A stretch of DNA of 36,982 bases from an uncultured Bacteroidaceae bacterium. Its GTDB lineage: Bacteria; Bacillota; Clostridia; Christensenellales; CAG-917. Below the pieces are notes generated by a model. It was not told where the DNA came from and made no database searches. It saw only the letters and a program-made list of their open reading frames with translations. Positions within the stretch are counted from its first letter, which is position 1. The number at the start of each line of letters is the position of its first letter. A program made the translations under genes and the position numbers. Shown here piece by piece: positions 15,980 through 24,160 of this stretch. The stretch spans positions 1 through 36,982 of the forward strand of contig CAYIYN010000002.1 in the NCBI GenBank assembly GCA_964367645.1, written 5' to 3'.

Positions 15980-17545
15980 TCATTCAGCCGAAGTGCCTTC
16001 AGCCAATTCGCCGTAGTCGGACGCTTCCACCGTTTCCGCGACTCCGTCCAAATCCGATGTATCGCCGTCTTGTGCAACATTAATTCCCTTTTTAATTTTT
16101 ATTAGACGCGATATATCGTCGCGGCGAATAAGCCCATACAACACACAAAACAGAACTGTGAATATCACCAGTCCAATTGCAAGTTTTGTATAACTTGCGG
16201 CGACAAACGTCATGAGCAGCATAATCGGCGCGCCCAAAACCAAGGAGTACAAAGTTTGGAAAACCATGTTGTTACAAGCAGGTGTTTTGAAATCAGGATC
16301 GATCTCGCGCAACAAAATTATGCCCGTACTTGCCGTGCCGGTGAGCATTCCGTACATGCAAAGGAAGGATTCTTCATAATAGCCGTCTTTTGCGTACAGG
16401 TGCTTACAAACGTGTTTAACATAGAAATAAGATGCCACACATCCGACCACGGACATTAAAACGAGAGGCACGATAAATTCAGTACGCGCAAATGCAGTGA
16501 GGTCGATTGCACCGAGTGCGGCTACAACCATTACGTCAAAGAACATACCGGACATTCTGTCCAAGAGATAGTTGTTGGTATATTGTTTTTTAACAATTCC
16601 TTTTTTGGTAAGTTTTTTCAAAATGAATTTGAAGAGCATTGCAATTCCGGTGCCGATTATGAAGTTGAATCCCCAAAAGAGCGGTTTTACGGTATTTATC
16701 AAAAAATTAATTCCACTGGCATCGCAGCCCTTACTTATTCCGTATATGAGTGCAAACGACACTGCGTATGCAAGCAATACAAGTCCGAGTTGTACACTGA
16801 ATTTGTCAACGGTTTGTGAAGACGGAATTTCATTTTCGTCAGTAAATGTTTTGACTGTGACTGTTTCTTTGTCTGTATCAACTTTGTCAACAAACTTGAC
16901 GTTCCCCTTTCTGCGCTCTTTATTGAGGTAAATTACGCCACCGATACTCGCCGACACAAAGCCCATAGCGGCAATAGTCAGACCGAAGCTCTTTCCTCCT
17001 GCGAAGGCGCCGAACTCGCTGCTAATCATATTTTCGTAATTCATTCCCCAGTTGAATGCTTGTCCGGGTCCTTGACCGAAACCCATCGGCAAAAGCATTC
17101 CCGATGCCGCCCAACTGCCGATAGCAAAAGAAAGTATTAAGGATATTATCAATCCTAATATACCTTGCATAAGATACGAAGATACCGTAATAAGCGAACT
17201 GTTAAATATTGCTTTCTGCGCTTTCTTGCCGCTTAACTTCTCTTGTGATTTAAGAGCAACGGCAATAAAACCCATTCCCAAGCAGTGGTAAGTCAGCATT
17301 TCCAAAATAAACGTATTGAAAAGCGGTTTTCCTGCGATTGACTGATAAACAGCTAATACGGCTAGCAAAATAAATCCGCCTAAGACCGGACTGGGAATGA
17401 GTGCTTTACGTAGTGGTTTAATCATTTTTATAAGCGCGTTTGCGATGAGCAAGACAACAAAAATGGCTGTCATAACTAGAACAAACGCCCAAAAATTAAG
17501 ATCATCAAATTGCATAGTAATATATGCATTATAGAATTCTTGCAT
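15980..17545 (-). CDS. GltS/ESS-family sodium:solute symporter homologue (521 aa)
   Basis: Polytopic ORF with an AAGGGGGA SD. IPSPVLGGFILLAVLAV resembles E. coli GltS IPEPVAGGLLVAL. YGMLTGTASTGIILLREIDPDF resembles GltS GHCGFGLGATPTAIANMQAI. It has a longer central loop and an acidic C-tail. Confidence 0.65.
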   Translation of the reverse strand: MQEFYNAYITMQFDDLNFWAFVLVMTAIFVVLLIANALIKMIKPLRKALIPSPVLGGFILLAVLAVYQSIAGKPLFNTFILEMLTYHCLGMGFIAVALKSQEKLSGKKAQKAIFNSSLITVSSYLMQGILGLIISLILSFAIGSWAASGMLLPMGFGQGPGQAFNWGMNYENMISSEFGAFAGGKSFGLTIAAMGFVSASIGGVIYLNKERRKGNVKFVDKVDTDKETVTVKTFTDENEIPSSQTVDKFSVQLGLVLLAYAVSFALIYGISKGCDASGINFLINTVKPLFWGFNFIIGTGIAMLFKFILKKLTKKGIVKKQYTNNYLLDRMSGMFFDVMVVAALGAIDLTAFARTEFIVPLVLMSVVGCVASYFYVKHVCKHLYAKDGYYEESFLCMYGMLTGTASTGIILLREIDPDFKTPACNNMVFQTLYSLVLGAPIMLLMTFVAASYTKLAIGLVIFTVLFCVLYGLIRRDDISRLIKIKKGINVAQDGDTSDLDGVAETVEASDYGELAEGTSAE

Positions 17546-17569
17546 AATGAGTCCCCCTTATTTCGTCAT

Positions 17570-17600
17570 CATTATAACACGCTCCAGATTATAATGTAAA
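17570..17600 (-). promoter_or_regulatory. promoter of the symporter-xsc operon overlapped by a 27-bp palindrome
   Basis: Read on the minus strand: TTTACA (17595-17600), 18-bp spacer, TATAAT (17571-17576). The palindrome CATTATAA-N11-TTATAATG (17570-17596) covers the -10 box and the spacer and runs 2 nt into the -35 box. A third CATTATAAT copy lies at 17620-17628. Confidence 0.5.
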
Positions 17601-17669
17601 GTATGCCTTTTGTTAAGAACATTATAATCAAAAGCTAATATTTGAGCTTAAAAAAACCAAAATTTTGTT

Positions 17670-17700
17670 GAAAAAGCGGTGCTTTTTTTACGACACCGCT
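17670..17700 (-). terminator. intrinsic terminator of the LysR-type regulator gene
   Basis: Minus strand: AGCGGTG-(12-nt loop)-CACCGCT followed by TTTTT. Stem arms are at 17675-17681 and 17694-17700. Confidence 0.7.
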
Positions 17701-17727
17701 ATGTTTTTCATTGTAAATACGTTAATA

Positions 17728-18615
17728 TCAACTTTCGCGCCTTGAGCTGTCGTAGCACGCTTTTACAAACCTTTTCATTGAATTAGTAAAGTATTTATCT
17801 TTGTGATATATAAGTTTGAACGATCTTGTGAGTTTTGCGTCGCTTATTCCGCACATCCAAAGTTCGCCTTTTTCCACGTCTTCTTCGACAAGTTTTTCAG
17901 ATATAACCGTTACCCCAAGGTTTTCTTTAACTGCTTTAATAACTATATCGGTGCTGCAACAACTCCATCTGACCTTTGCGCGATATCCGGCTCCTTCAAG
18001 CTGTTCAAGAAATTGAACTCTCGTGCCGCTGCCCTCTTCTCTTAAAACAAGAGGAATATTGTCGAGATCTCTAAGCGATATGGATTCGCGCCCGTAAAAA
18101 GCGTGTTTTGGAGAACAGGCAAGGACAAGTTTGTCATCGATAATTATCTCGGAGCGCAAATCGTCGCTTGTTATTTCACCCTCTACATAACCTATATCCA
18201 AGTCGTTTGATAAGATCTTTTTTTCTATAAGCCGAGTGTTTCCTATTAGTACAGAATAATTAAAATATTGGTCGCTTGCCGATAGTTCGGCAACCATCTT
18301 TTTTAAAAGCGATGCGCCCACGGTGACTGACGTGCCTATCCTAATTCGCGCATTTCTCGAATCGTGCATAAGAGTGCTGCGCATCTCCGTCTCCAAATTG
18401 AGGATATTTCTGGCGTATGATATAACGTCACTTCCCACTGCGGTCAAATGCAAACCGTTTTTGAGTCTGTCAAAGAGCAACACACCGTATTCCTTTTCAA
18501 TATCAGAAACCGTCTGGCTGACAGAAGACTGTGTTATGTTGAGTTTTGCGGCCGCTTTGCTCATGTTTCCGCACTCTACAATTGCCATAAGTATCTCTAA
18601 ACTTCTTATTGTCAT
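17728..18615 (-). CDS. LysR-type transcriptional regulator
   Basis: N-terminal wHTH MTIRSLEILMAIVECGNMSKAAAKLNITQSSVSQTVSDIEKEYGVLLFDR plus a C-terminal substrate-binding domain. The start is moved to ATG 18615, downstream of AGGAGG. The upstream 20 codons in the ORF track have no SD. Confidence 0.85.
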   Translation of the reverse strand: MTIRSLEILMAIVECGNMSKAAAKLNITQSSVSQTVSDIEKEYGVLLFDRLKNGLHLTAVGSDVISYARNILNLETEMRSTLMHDSRNARIRIGTSVTVGASLLKKMVAELSASDQYFNYSVLIGNTRLIEKKILSNDLDIGYVEGEITSDDLRSEIIIDDKLVLACSPKHAFYGRESISLRDLDNIPLVLREEGSGTRVQFLEQLEGAGYRAKVRWSCCSTDIVIKAVKENLGVTVISEKLVEEDVEKGELWMCGISDAKLTRSFKLIYHKDKYFTNSMKRFVKACYDSSRRES

Positions 18616-18680
18616 TTGGACACCTCCTTTCCAAATTTTAATGTAAATACAACAAAGTGTCAATGCAATTTTCAACTATC

Positions 18681-18698
18681 CATAAGGAAAAACTTATG
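18681..18698. promoter_or_regulatory. inverted repeat CATAAG-N6-CTTATG, candidate LysR recognition site
   Basis: Perfect 6-bp arms at 18681-18686 and 18693-18698. The centre lies about 66 bp upstream of the TSS predicted from the asr promoter. Confidence 0.4.
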
Positions 18699-18720
18699 AA
18701 GCCTTTAGGATTTTTCGTAC

Positions 18721-18749
18721 TTTACACTTCGACACGACAAAGTTATACT
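18721..18749 (+). promoter_or_regulatory. sigma-A type promoter of the asr operon
   Basis: TTTACA (18721-18726), 17-bp spacer, TATACT (18744-18749). This implies a leader of about 130 nt before ATG 18887. Confidence 0.5.
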
Positions 18750-18886
18750 ACTTTTAGATATGCAATACGGGCATAAAGAAAACAACAGCAACAAATAAAG
18801 AAGGATTGAACCAAATTTGAAAAGCCATGAGATTGATTTTTGGGCGTTTCACGATTTGGCGCATCCTAAGTTAAAAGGAGGAAAAT

Positions 18887-19207
18887 ATGAATTTTTTGAC
18901 AGGAAAGTGGAAAATCGTTGCTCATTCGCCGCTTGGTGACATGGCTCTCACGGCCGACTTCGTGGTTGACGAAAGCACATCCACGTTTACAGGATCCGTC
19001 TATGACGAAGGCAACAAGAAGACTTACGGGGTCTCAAACGGTGTAATAAACGACCATCACATTTCCTACGATATGCTCATCAAATTCGGCCTTATCCCGT
19101 TCAGCTTCCATCTTGAAGGCGACTTCAAAGATGACGGAACTTGCACGGGCGAAGCCAAAGCTATGAAGATGACGGGCACTTACGAAGGCTACAAAGTTGT
19201 CGAATAA
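18887..19207 (+). CDS. small soluble protein (106 aa), possible calycin/lipocalin-like beta-barrel, unknown function
   Basis: Strong AAGGAGG SD. N-terminal GKWKI (G-x-W, as in calycins), then alternating beta-strand-like pattern. It is the first gene of the asr transcription unit, 18 nt before asrA. Confidence 0.6.
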   Translation: MNFLTGKWKIVAHSPLGDMALTADFVVDESTSTFTGSVYDEGNKKTYGVSNGVINDHHISYDMLIKFGLIPFSFHLEGDFKDDGTCTGEAKAMKMTGTYEGYKVVE

Positions 19208-19225
19208 CTTTTAAAGGAGAAAGAC

Positions 19226-20254
19226 ATGGGTTATAAGTTTTCCGAAGCCAAATCCAAAGAGTTGTTCTCTAAGCTTGCGGAGCGTTATGACATTTATGCG
19301 CCAAAACGCTTCCCTTGTGCAGGACGCTATTCGGATACGGACATCATCAAATATGACAAAATTTCCTCTTTTGACGAAATAGTCACTTCCGAGAAGTCGA
19401 CTTATCCTATGAAAGAGGTCTTGTCACCGATACAGCAGGCTCTGTTCTATTTCACCGAGGACGAATACCGCGAGAGCAAATGCTCAACAAAGCCGATGCT
19501 CGTTTTTGCTCGTCCTTGCGATATCAACGCCATGCAAGTGCAGGCTCGCATCTATGCGGGAAACGGCGGCTTTACAGATATGTATTACGAGCGCATGCGT
19601 GAGCGCGTTCACTATGCATTATTGGAATGCCACGGCGACGACGATACTTGTTTTTGCGTCAGCATGGGAACAAACACAACCGACGATTACTCTGTTGCTT
19701 TCCACTTTGAAAACGGCGAAGTTGTTGTAAAGCCCAACTGCAAAGAGATTGAAGAACTGTTTGCGGACGGTGAAAAATGCGATTATGAACCTAAATTCAT
19801 CACCGAAAACATCACCAAAGTCACAGTGCCCGAAATCGACAGCAAAGAAGTGCTCAACAAACTCAAAGCGCATCCTATGTGGAAAGAATTTGACGGGCGC
19901 TGCATTTCATGCGGAGCATGCACGGTCGCTTGCTCCACTTGCACTTGCTTCACCACCCGCGACATTATATACGGGGACAACCCCGAAGTGGGCGAAAGAC
20001 GCCGAGTGACATCTTCTTGTCAAGTTGACGGATTTTCCACAATGGCAGGCGGCGCGTCTTTCAGAAAGACGGCAGGCGAAAAAATGCGCTTCAAAATGCT
20101 ACATAAATTCCACGACTATAAGGCTCGCTTCGGCGATATGCATATGTGCGTTGGCTGTGGACGGTGCACTCACCGCTGTCCCGAACTCATCTCGATAACC
20201 GCTACGCTTGGAAAAATGGCGGCGGCTGTCGAAGAAATCAAAAAAGAGTGTTAG
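19226..20254 (+). CDS. asrA: anaerobic sulfite reductase subunit A (ferredoxin-like, two 4Fe-4S motifs)
   Basis: 342 aa with an AAGGAGA SD. Cluster motifs CISCGACTVACSTCTC and CVGCGRCTHRCP. Size and gene order (A-B-C) match Salmonella AsrA. Confidence 0.8.
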   Translation: MGYKFSEAKSKELFSKLAERYDIYAPKRFPCAGRYSDTDIIKYDKISSFDEIVTSEKSTYPMKEVLSPIQQALFYFTEDEYRESKCSTKPMLVFARPCDINAMQVQARIYAGNGGFTDMYYERMRERVHYALLECHGDDDTCFCVSMGTNTTDDYSVAFHFENGEVVVKPNCKEIEELFADGEKCDYEPKFITENITKVTVPEIDSKEVLNKLKAHPMWKEFDGRCISCGACTVACSTCTCFTTRDIIYGDNPEVGERRRVTSSCQVDGFSTMAGGASFRKTAGEKMRFKMLHKFHDYKARFGDMHMCVGCGRCTHRCPELISITATLGKMAAAVEEIKKEC

Positions 20255-20266
20255 GAGGGCGATATA

Positions 20267-21058
20267 ATGTATAATCCCATTCAACCCGTACCCTGCAAAA
20301 TTCTTGATGTCAGACACGAAACTCATTTGGAGTATACCTTCAGAGTGGAAACAGACATTAAACCCCAGCACGGGCAATTTGTACAACTTTCCATTCCGAA
20401 GATCGGCGAAGCCCCCATTTCCGTTTCCGAACAAGGCGACGGTTGGCTTGAATTTACAATCAGGAAAGTCGGCAAAGTTACAAACGTCATTTTTGACAAA
20501 CAAGCCGGCGACACTCTGTTTTTGAGAGGACCTTACGGAAAAGGCTGGCCCATGGAGCAATTCAAGGGCAAACACCTCGTTGTTATCGCGGGCGGCACCG
20601 GCGTATCTCCGGTCAGAAGTTTACTTAACTACTGCTGCAAGAACAAAGGCTTTGTTCAAAGCGTTAATCTGGTTTGCGGTTTCAAAAACGCAGACTGTGT
20701 GCTGTTTGAGAACGACTTGGCAAATTGGAACAAAGGCTTTGACACCACGTTCTGTCTTGATAACGAAGAAAAATGCGGCTTCAAGAAAGGAATGGTCACC
20801 ACAGTCATAAAAGATATCCCTCTTAAGGATTTCGGTGAAGATTACGCAGTCGTCGTCGTCGGACCTCCGATTATGATGAAGTGTGTCGGACTTGAATTGC
20901 TCAAGTGCGGATTTGACGAAAGCAAAATTTGGATGTCTTTTGAAAGAAAGATGTCCTGCGCCATAGGCAAATGCGGACATTGCCGTATAGACGAAGTTTA
21001 CGTCTGTCTCGACGGACCCGTATTCCCCTACACCGTCGCCAAAAACTTGGTGGACTAG
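20267..21058 (+). CDS. asrB: anaerobic sulfite reductase subunit B (FAD/NAD(P)-binding, 2Fe-2S)
   Basis: 263 aa with an AGGAGG SD. Ferredoxin-reductase-type domains (RKVGKVT, VVIAGGTGVSP) and a C-terminal cluster motif CAIGKCGHCRI...C. Confidence 0.8.
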   Translation: MYNPIQPVPCKILDVRHETHLEYTFRVETDIKPQHGQFVQLSIPKIGEAPISVSEQGDGWLEFTIRKVGKVTNVIFDKQAGDTLFLRGPYGKGWPMEQFKGKHLVVIAGGTGVSPVRSLLNYCCKNKGFVQSVNLVCGFKNADCVLFENDLANWNKGFDTTFCLDNEEKCGFKKGMVTTVIKDIPLKDFGEDYAVVVVGPPIMMKCVGLELLKCGFDESKIWMSFERKMSCAIGKCGHCRIDEVYVCLDGPVFPYTVAKNLVD

Positions 21059-21068
21059 GAGGTAGAAT

Positions 21069-22136
21069 ATGAATCACGATATATACATCAAAAAAGTTAG
21101 ATTAAATTGCTTCCGCGAGTCCAAAATTCCCGGAGAATTTATGTTGCAGATGAGAGTCCCCGGCGGTATGGTTGACGCAAAATATCTTGCACATGTACAA
21201 CATATAGCCAAAACTTGGGGCGATGGCAATTTCCACTTCGGCACACGTCAGGCGTTTGAAATTTGCCGCATAAAATATGAAGATATTCCCGCCGTCAATG
21301 AGTATTTGGAAACATATATCAAAGAAGTTGAAACAGACCTCTGCGGCGTTGATATGGAATCCATCGCGGGCGAAAAAGCCAAGTGGTACCCAAAGAGCGG
21401 ATATCCCACAATCGGTGCGAGAAATATTTCGGCGTGCATCGGCAACTACCATTGCATTTGCGGAAACGTCGATACGTTTGCTCTTGCAAGAAAAATCGAG
21501 CCGCTGATTTTCCCCAGCCATTATCACATCAAGATAAATATCGCAGGTTGCGCAAACGACTGCAACAAAGCTCATCTTTGCGACTTCGGTATCATAGGCG
21601 AAGCGCTTCTGGACTACCATTCTGAACGTTGCATAGGCTGCGGACTTTGCGCCAAAACTTGCGAACACCATGCAACAAGAGTGCTCTCGTTGAACGAGGA
21701 AACAGGCAAAATCGATAAGGATCCTTGCTGCTGCGTCGGCTGCGCCGAATGCGCTCGCCACTGCCCCACTTCGGCTTGGACAAGAAATCCTCAAAAGTTC
21801 TACAAAGTTATCTTGGGCGGCAGAACCGGACGTCAAACTCCTCGAACCGGCAAGATGTTCTTGAACTGGGCAACCGAAGAAACCATTCTCGCCGTTCTTG
21901 GAAACTGGCAAAAATTCTCTGCGTGGGTTATGGACTACAAGCCCGAATACCTGCACGGCGGACACCTTATCGACAGAGCCGGATACAAGAAATTCAAAGA
22001 GCTTATGCTTGATGGCATAACACTAAATCCGGAATGCTTGGTGGCTGAGGATATCTACTGGCACGAAACCGAATACAGAAGCAACTTCAATGTAAAAGAC
22101 CTAAAATTGCACCACACGGCAGGCCCTCAAAAATAG
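21069..22136 (+). CDS. asrC: anaerobic sulfite reductase subunit C (siroheme / 4Fe-4S catalytic subunit)
   Basis: 355 aa with an AGGAGG SD. Sulfite/nitrite reductase cluster-siroheme motif C-x5-C (CIGNYHC) ... C-x3-C (CANDC), plus an inserted 2x[4Fe-4S] ferredoxin domain (CIGCGLCAKTCE, CVGCAECARHCP). Confidence 0.85.
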   Translation: MNHDIYIKKVRLNCFRESKIPGEFMLQMRVPGGMVDAKYLAHVQHIAKTWGDGNFHFGTRQAFEICRIKYEDIPAVNEYLETYIKEVETDLCGVDMESIAGEKAKWYPKSGYPTIGARNISACIGNYHCICGNVDTFALARKIEPLIFPSHYHIKINIAGCANDCNKAHLCDFGIIGEALLDYHSERCIGCGLCAKTCEHHATRVLSLNEETGKIDKDPCCCVGCAECARHCPTSAWTRNPQKFYKVILGGRTGRQTPRTGKMFLNWATEETILAVLGNWQKFSAWVMDYKPEYLHGGHLIDRAGYKKFKELMLDGITLNPECLVAEDIYWHETEYRSNFNVKDLKLHHTAGPQK

Positions 22137-22153
22137 TGGTGCTCCTCCTATAC

Positions 22154-22186
22154 GGCGAGCGGTGATAATCCCGTTCGCCGTTTTTG
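22154..22186 (+). terminator. intrinsic terminator of the asr operon
   Basis: Stem GGCGAGCGG (22154-22162) / CCGTTCGCC (22171-22179, one G-U pair) followed by GTTTTT. Confidence 0.65.
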
Positions 22187-22191
22187 CAGAT

Positions 22192-23169
22192 ATGAAACGT
22201 ATACTATTGCACAATAAAGCTCTTTTGTTCACTTTGGCGTTTATTATGACGCTCCTTCTTTTCGTACCACTTTTTTCTGCTTGCAACCCTAAAAGCGATT
22301 TGAACGCAGGCGACATTTCTGTGACGGACAGCACAGGCTATTCCGTTGCGTTTGATTTTACGCCAACGCGCGTGGTTGCCTTGCAAGCCTCCGTTGCGGA
22401 CGTTTGGCTGCTTGCCGGCGGAAACATTGTCGGCGTTTCTGACGATTATCTTGATTACGGCCTTATGGTCGAGAACGTTACCGTTATTGGCGAAACTCAT
22501 TACACCAATGAAGAATACATCATCAGTTTAAATCCCGATTTGGTTATATATTCAGCAAAACACGACAAAACTGTTGTTGACGAATTAAAAGCCGTGGGGA
22601 TAAAAACTTTTGGCGCGGAAGTCGAAAATTTTTCGGATTATTTGTTCGTTCTTGGTCAATTCTGCAAACTGACCGGAAGAGATGATTTATATCAGTCAAA
22701 CGGATTGGACGTTAAAGAAGAAATTGATACGATAATTTCAACTGTGCCTCAAAACGAATCTTCTTCGGTGCTGTTTTTAAGAACCCGCTCCGCGGGCGCG
22801 CCTACCGTGATTGCCGGCGGACACTTTGTTTGTGAACTGATTAAGGACTTGGGGGCGACAAACGTCGCGGCAACCGATTCAAATGAAGGCAATCTCACGT
22901 TCTCTATGGAAGAGGTCATAAATCAAAATCCCGATTTCATTCTCATTACATTTATGGGTGTCAACAATGTCACCAAGTCAAAACAATGGCTTGAAGACAA
23001 TATATTTTCCAGCACGACGTGGCAATCACTTGATGCCGTAAAAAACGACAAGGTAGTATATTTGTACGACGAAGAAAATTTGGACCGCGCGCATCTTTTC
23101 CAATACAAACCAAATGCAAGATGGGCAGAATCCTATCAATACCTCTACGATGTCCTCTATCCAGCATAA
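22192..23169 (+). CDS. ABC transporter substrate-binding lipoprotein (Fe-siderophore/heme/cobalamin-type, PBP cluster A)
   Basis: Start set at ATG 22192 (MKRILL...LFSAC lipobox), because the GTG at 22162 lies inside the asr terminator stem. RVVALQASVADVWLLAGGNIVGVSDD is typical of the FecB/BtuF fold family. Confidence 0.75.
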   Translation: MKRILLHNKALLFTLAFIMTLLLFVPLFSACNPKSDLNAGDISVTDSTGYSVAFDFTPTRVVALQASVADVWLLAGGNIVGVSDDYLDYGLMVENVTVIGETHYTNEEYIISLNPDLVIYSAKHDKTVVDELKAVGIKTFGAEVENFSDYLFVLGQFCKLTGRDDLYQSNGLDVKEEIDTIISTVPQNESSSVLFLRTRSAGAPTVIAGGHFVCELIKDLGATNVAATDSNEGNLTFSMEEVINQNPDFILITFMGVNNVTKSKQWLEDNIFSSTTWQSLDAVKNDKVVYLYDEENLDRAHLFQYKPNARWAESYQYLYDVLYPA

Positions 23170-24160
23170 AAAATTATTGCCTTATCTGATTCCGGCACTT
23201 CTGATAATTACAGTCGTGCTGTTTTTTGCAAGCCTTGCAATAGGCGCGGTTAAGATACCCTTTGCCGACGTCTTTAAGGCTCTTGGCGACCCTTCTTCTT
23301 CGGAGTATATCATCATTGTGCATTTACGTTTGCCGCGCGCCGCTGCGTGCGTTTTGGTCGGCGCGGCTCTTGCGTGTTCCGGACTTATACTTCAAACAAT
23401 GCTCAACAATTCTCTGGCAAGCCCCGGCATCATCGGAATAAACTCCGGCGCGGGACTCGCTGTAGTGATGTTTTCGGTATGGTTTTCAGGCTCTCTTATC
23501 GGACAGACAATCGGCACTTTTTTGGGCGCGTTTTTGTCTGCAATGCTCATTTATGCCATCGGCCGTTTCAGCGGCGCATCTCGAAATAAACTTATCTTGG
23601 CAGGCATAGCCATATCTCGTCTTTTTGCCGCGCTTATAGACGCCATAGTTTTATTAAATCCCGACGTCATGCCCGACCGCATAGCCTTTCAACTGGGCAC
23701 TCTTTCAAAAATCAGTCTGACAAGTCTGTCATTCGGAGGTCCCGTCATTATAATCGGACTTATCGGCGCGCTCATAATGTCCAAATATCTTGGCGTTTTA
23801 AGCTTGGGTGATGAGGTTGCAACTTCGCTTGGAATGAACGTAAAACTGTACAGATTTTTCTGTCTGTTCTTTGTGGCGCTGCTTTCGGGCGGTGCGGTAT
23901 CTATGTGCGGACTGCTTAGTTTTTTGGGACTTATCGCGCCGCATATCGTAAGACGCATCATCGGTGTTTCAAATTATTTTAGGCTTACAATATTGACCGC
24001 TCTCTTCGGCGCTTTCTTGACACTCTTGTGCGATTTAATTGCCCGCACCATTGCGGCTCCTTTCGAGTTGCCCGTTGGCATAATTATGGCAATTTTAGGT
24101 GTGCCTTTCTTCCTCTTCCTCATCTTCGACAAAGGAGGGCGTCGCATTGCTTCAAATTGA
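23114..24160 (+). CDS. ABC transporter permease, FecCD/BtuC family
   Basis: RLPRAAACVLVGAALACSGLILQTMLNNSLASPGIIGINSGAGLA is the FecCD signature region. There are about 9-10 TM helices. The start is uncertain (ATG 23114 or ATG 23150) and neither has a good SD. It overlaps the end of the binding-protein gene. Confidence 0.8.
   Translation: MQDGQNPINTSTMSSIQHKKLLPYLIPALLIITVVLFFASLAIGAVKIPFADVFKALGDPSSSEYIIIVHLRLPRAAACVLVGAALACSGLILQTMLNNSLASPGIIGINSGAGLAVVMFSVWFSGSLIGQTIGTFLGAFLSAMLIYAIGRFSGASRNKLILAGIAISRLFAALIDAIVLLNPDVMPDRIAFQLGTLSKISLTSLSFGGPVIIIGLIGALIMSKYLGVLSLGDEVATSLGMNVKLYRFFCLFFVALLSGGAVSMCGLLSFLGLIAPHIVRRIIGVSNYFRLTILTALFGAFLTLLCDLIARTIAAPFELPVGIIMAILGVPFFLFLIFDKGGRRIASN

Noticed and set aside
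21102-21965. 287-aa ORF antisense to asrC. Similar antisense ORFs occur at 20099-20575 and 20621-20980 (asrA/asrB), 3677-4132 and 5084-5488 (giant gene), and 12899-13345 and 13371-13766 (ThDP gene).
   Set aside because: The sense strand carries unmistakable conserved motifs: siroheme/4Fe-4S cysteines, ThDP motifs and repeat modules. The antisense products are Arg/Ser/Cys-rich, lack SDs and match no recognisable domains. They are typical shadow ORFs.
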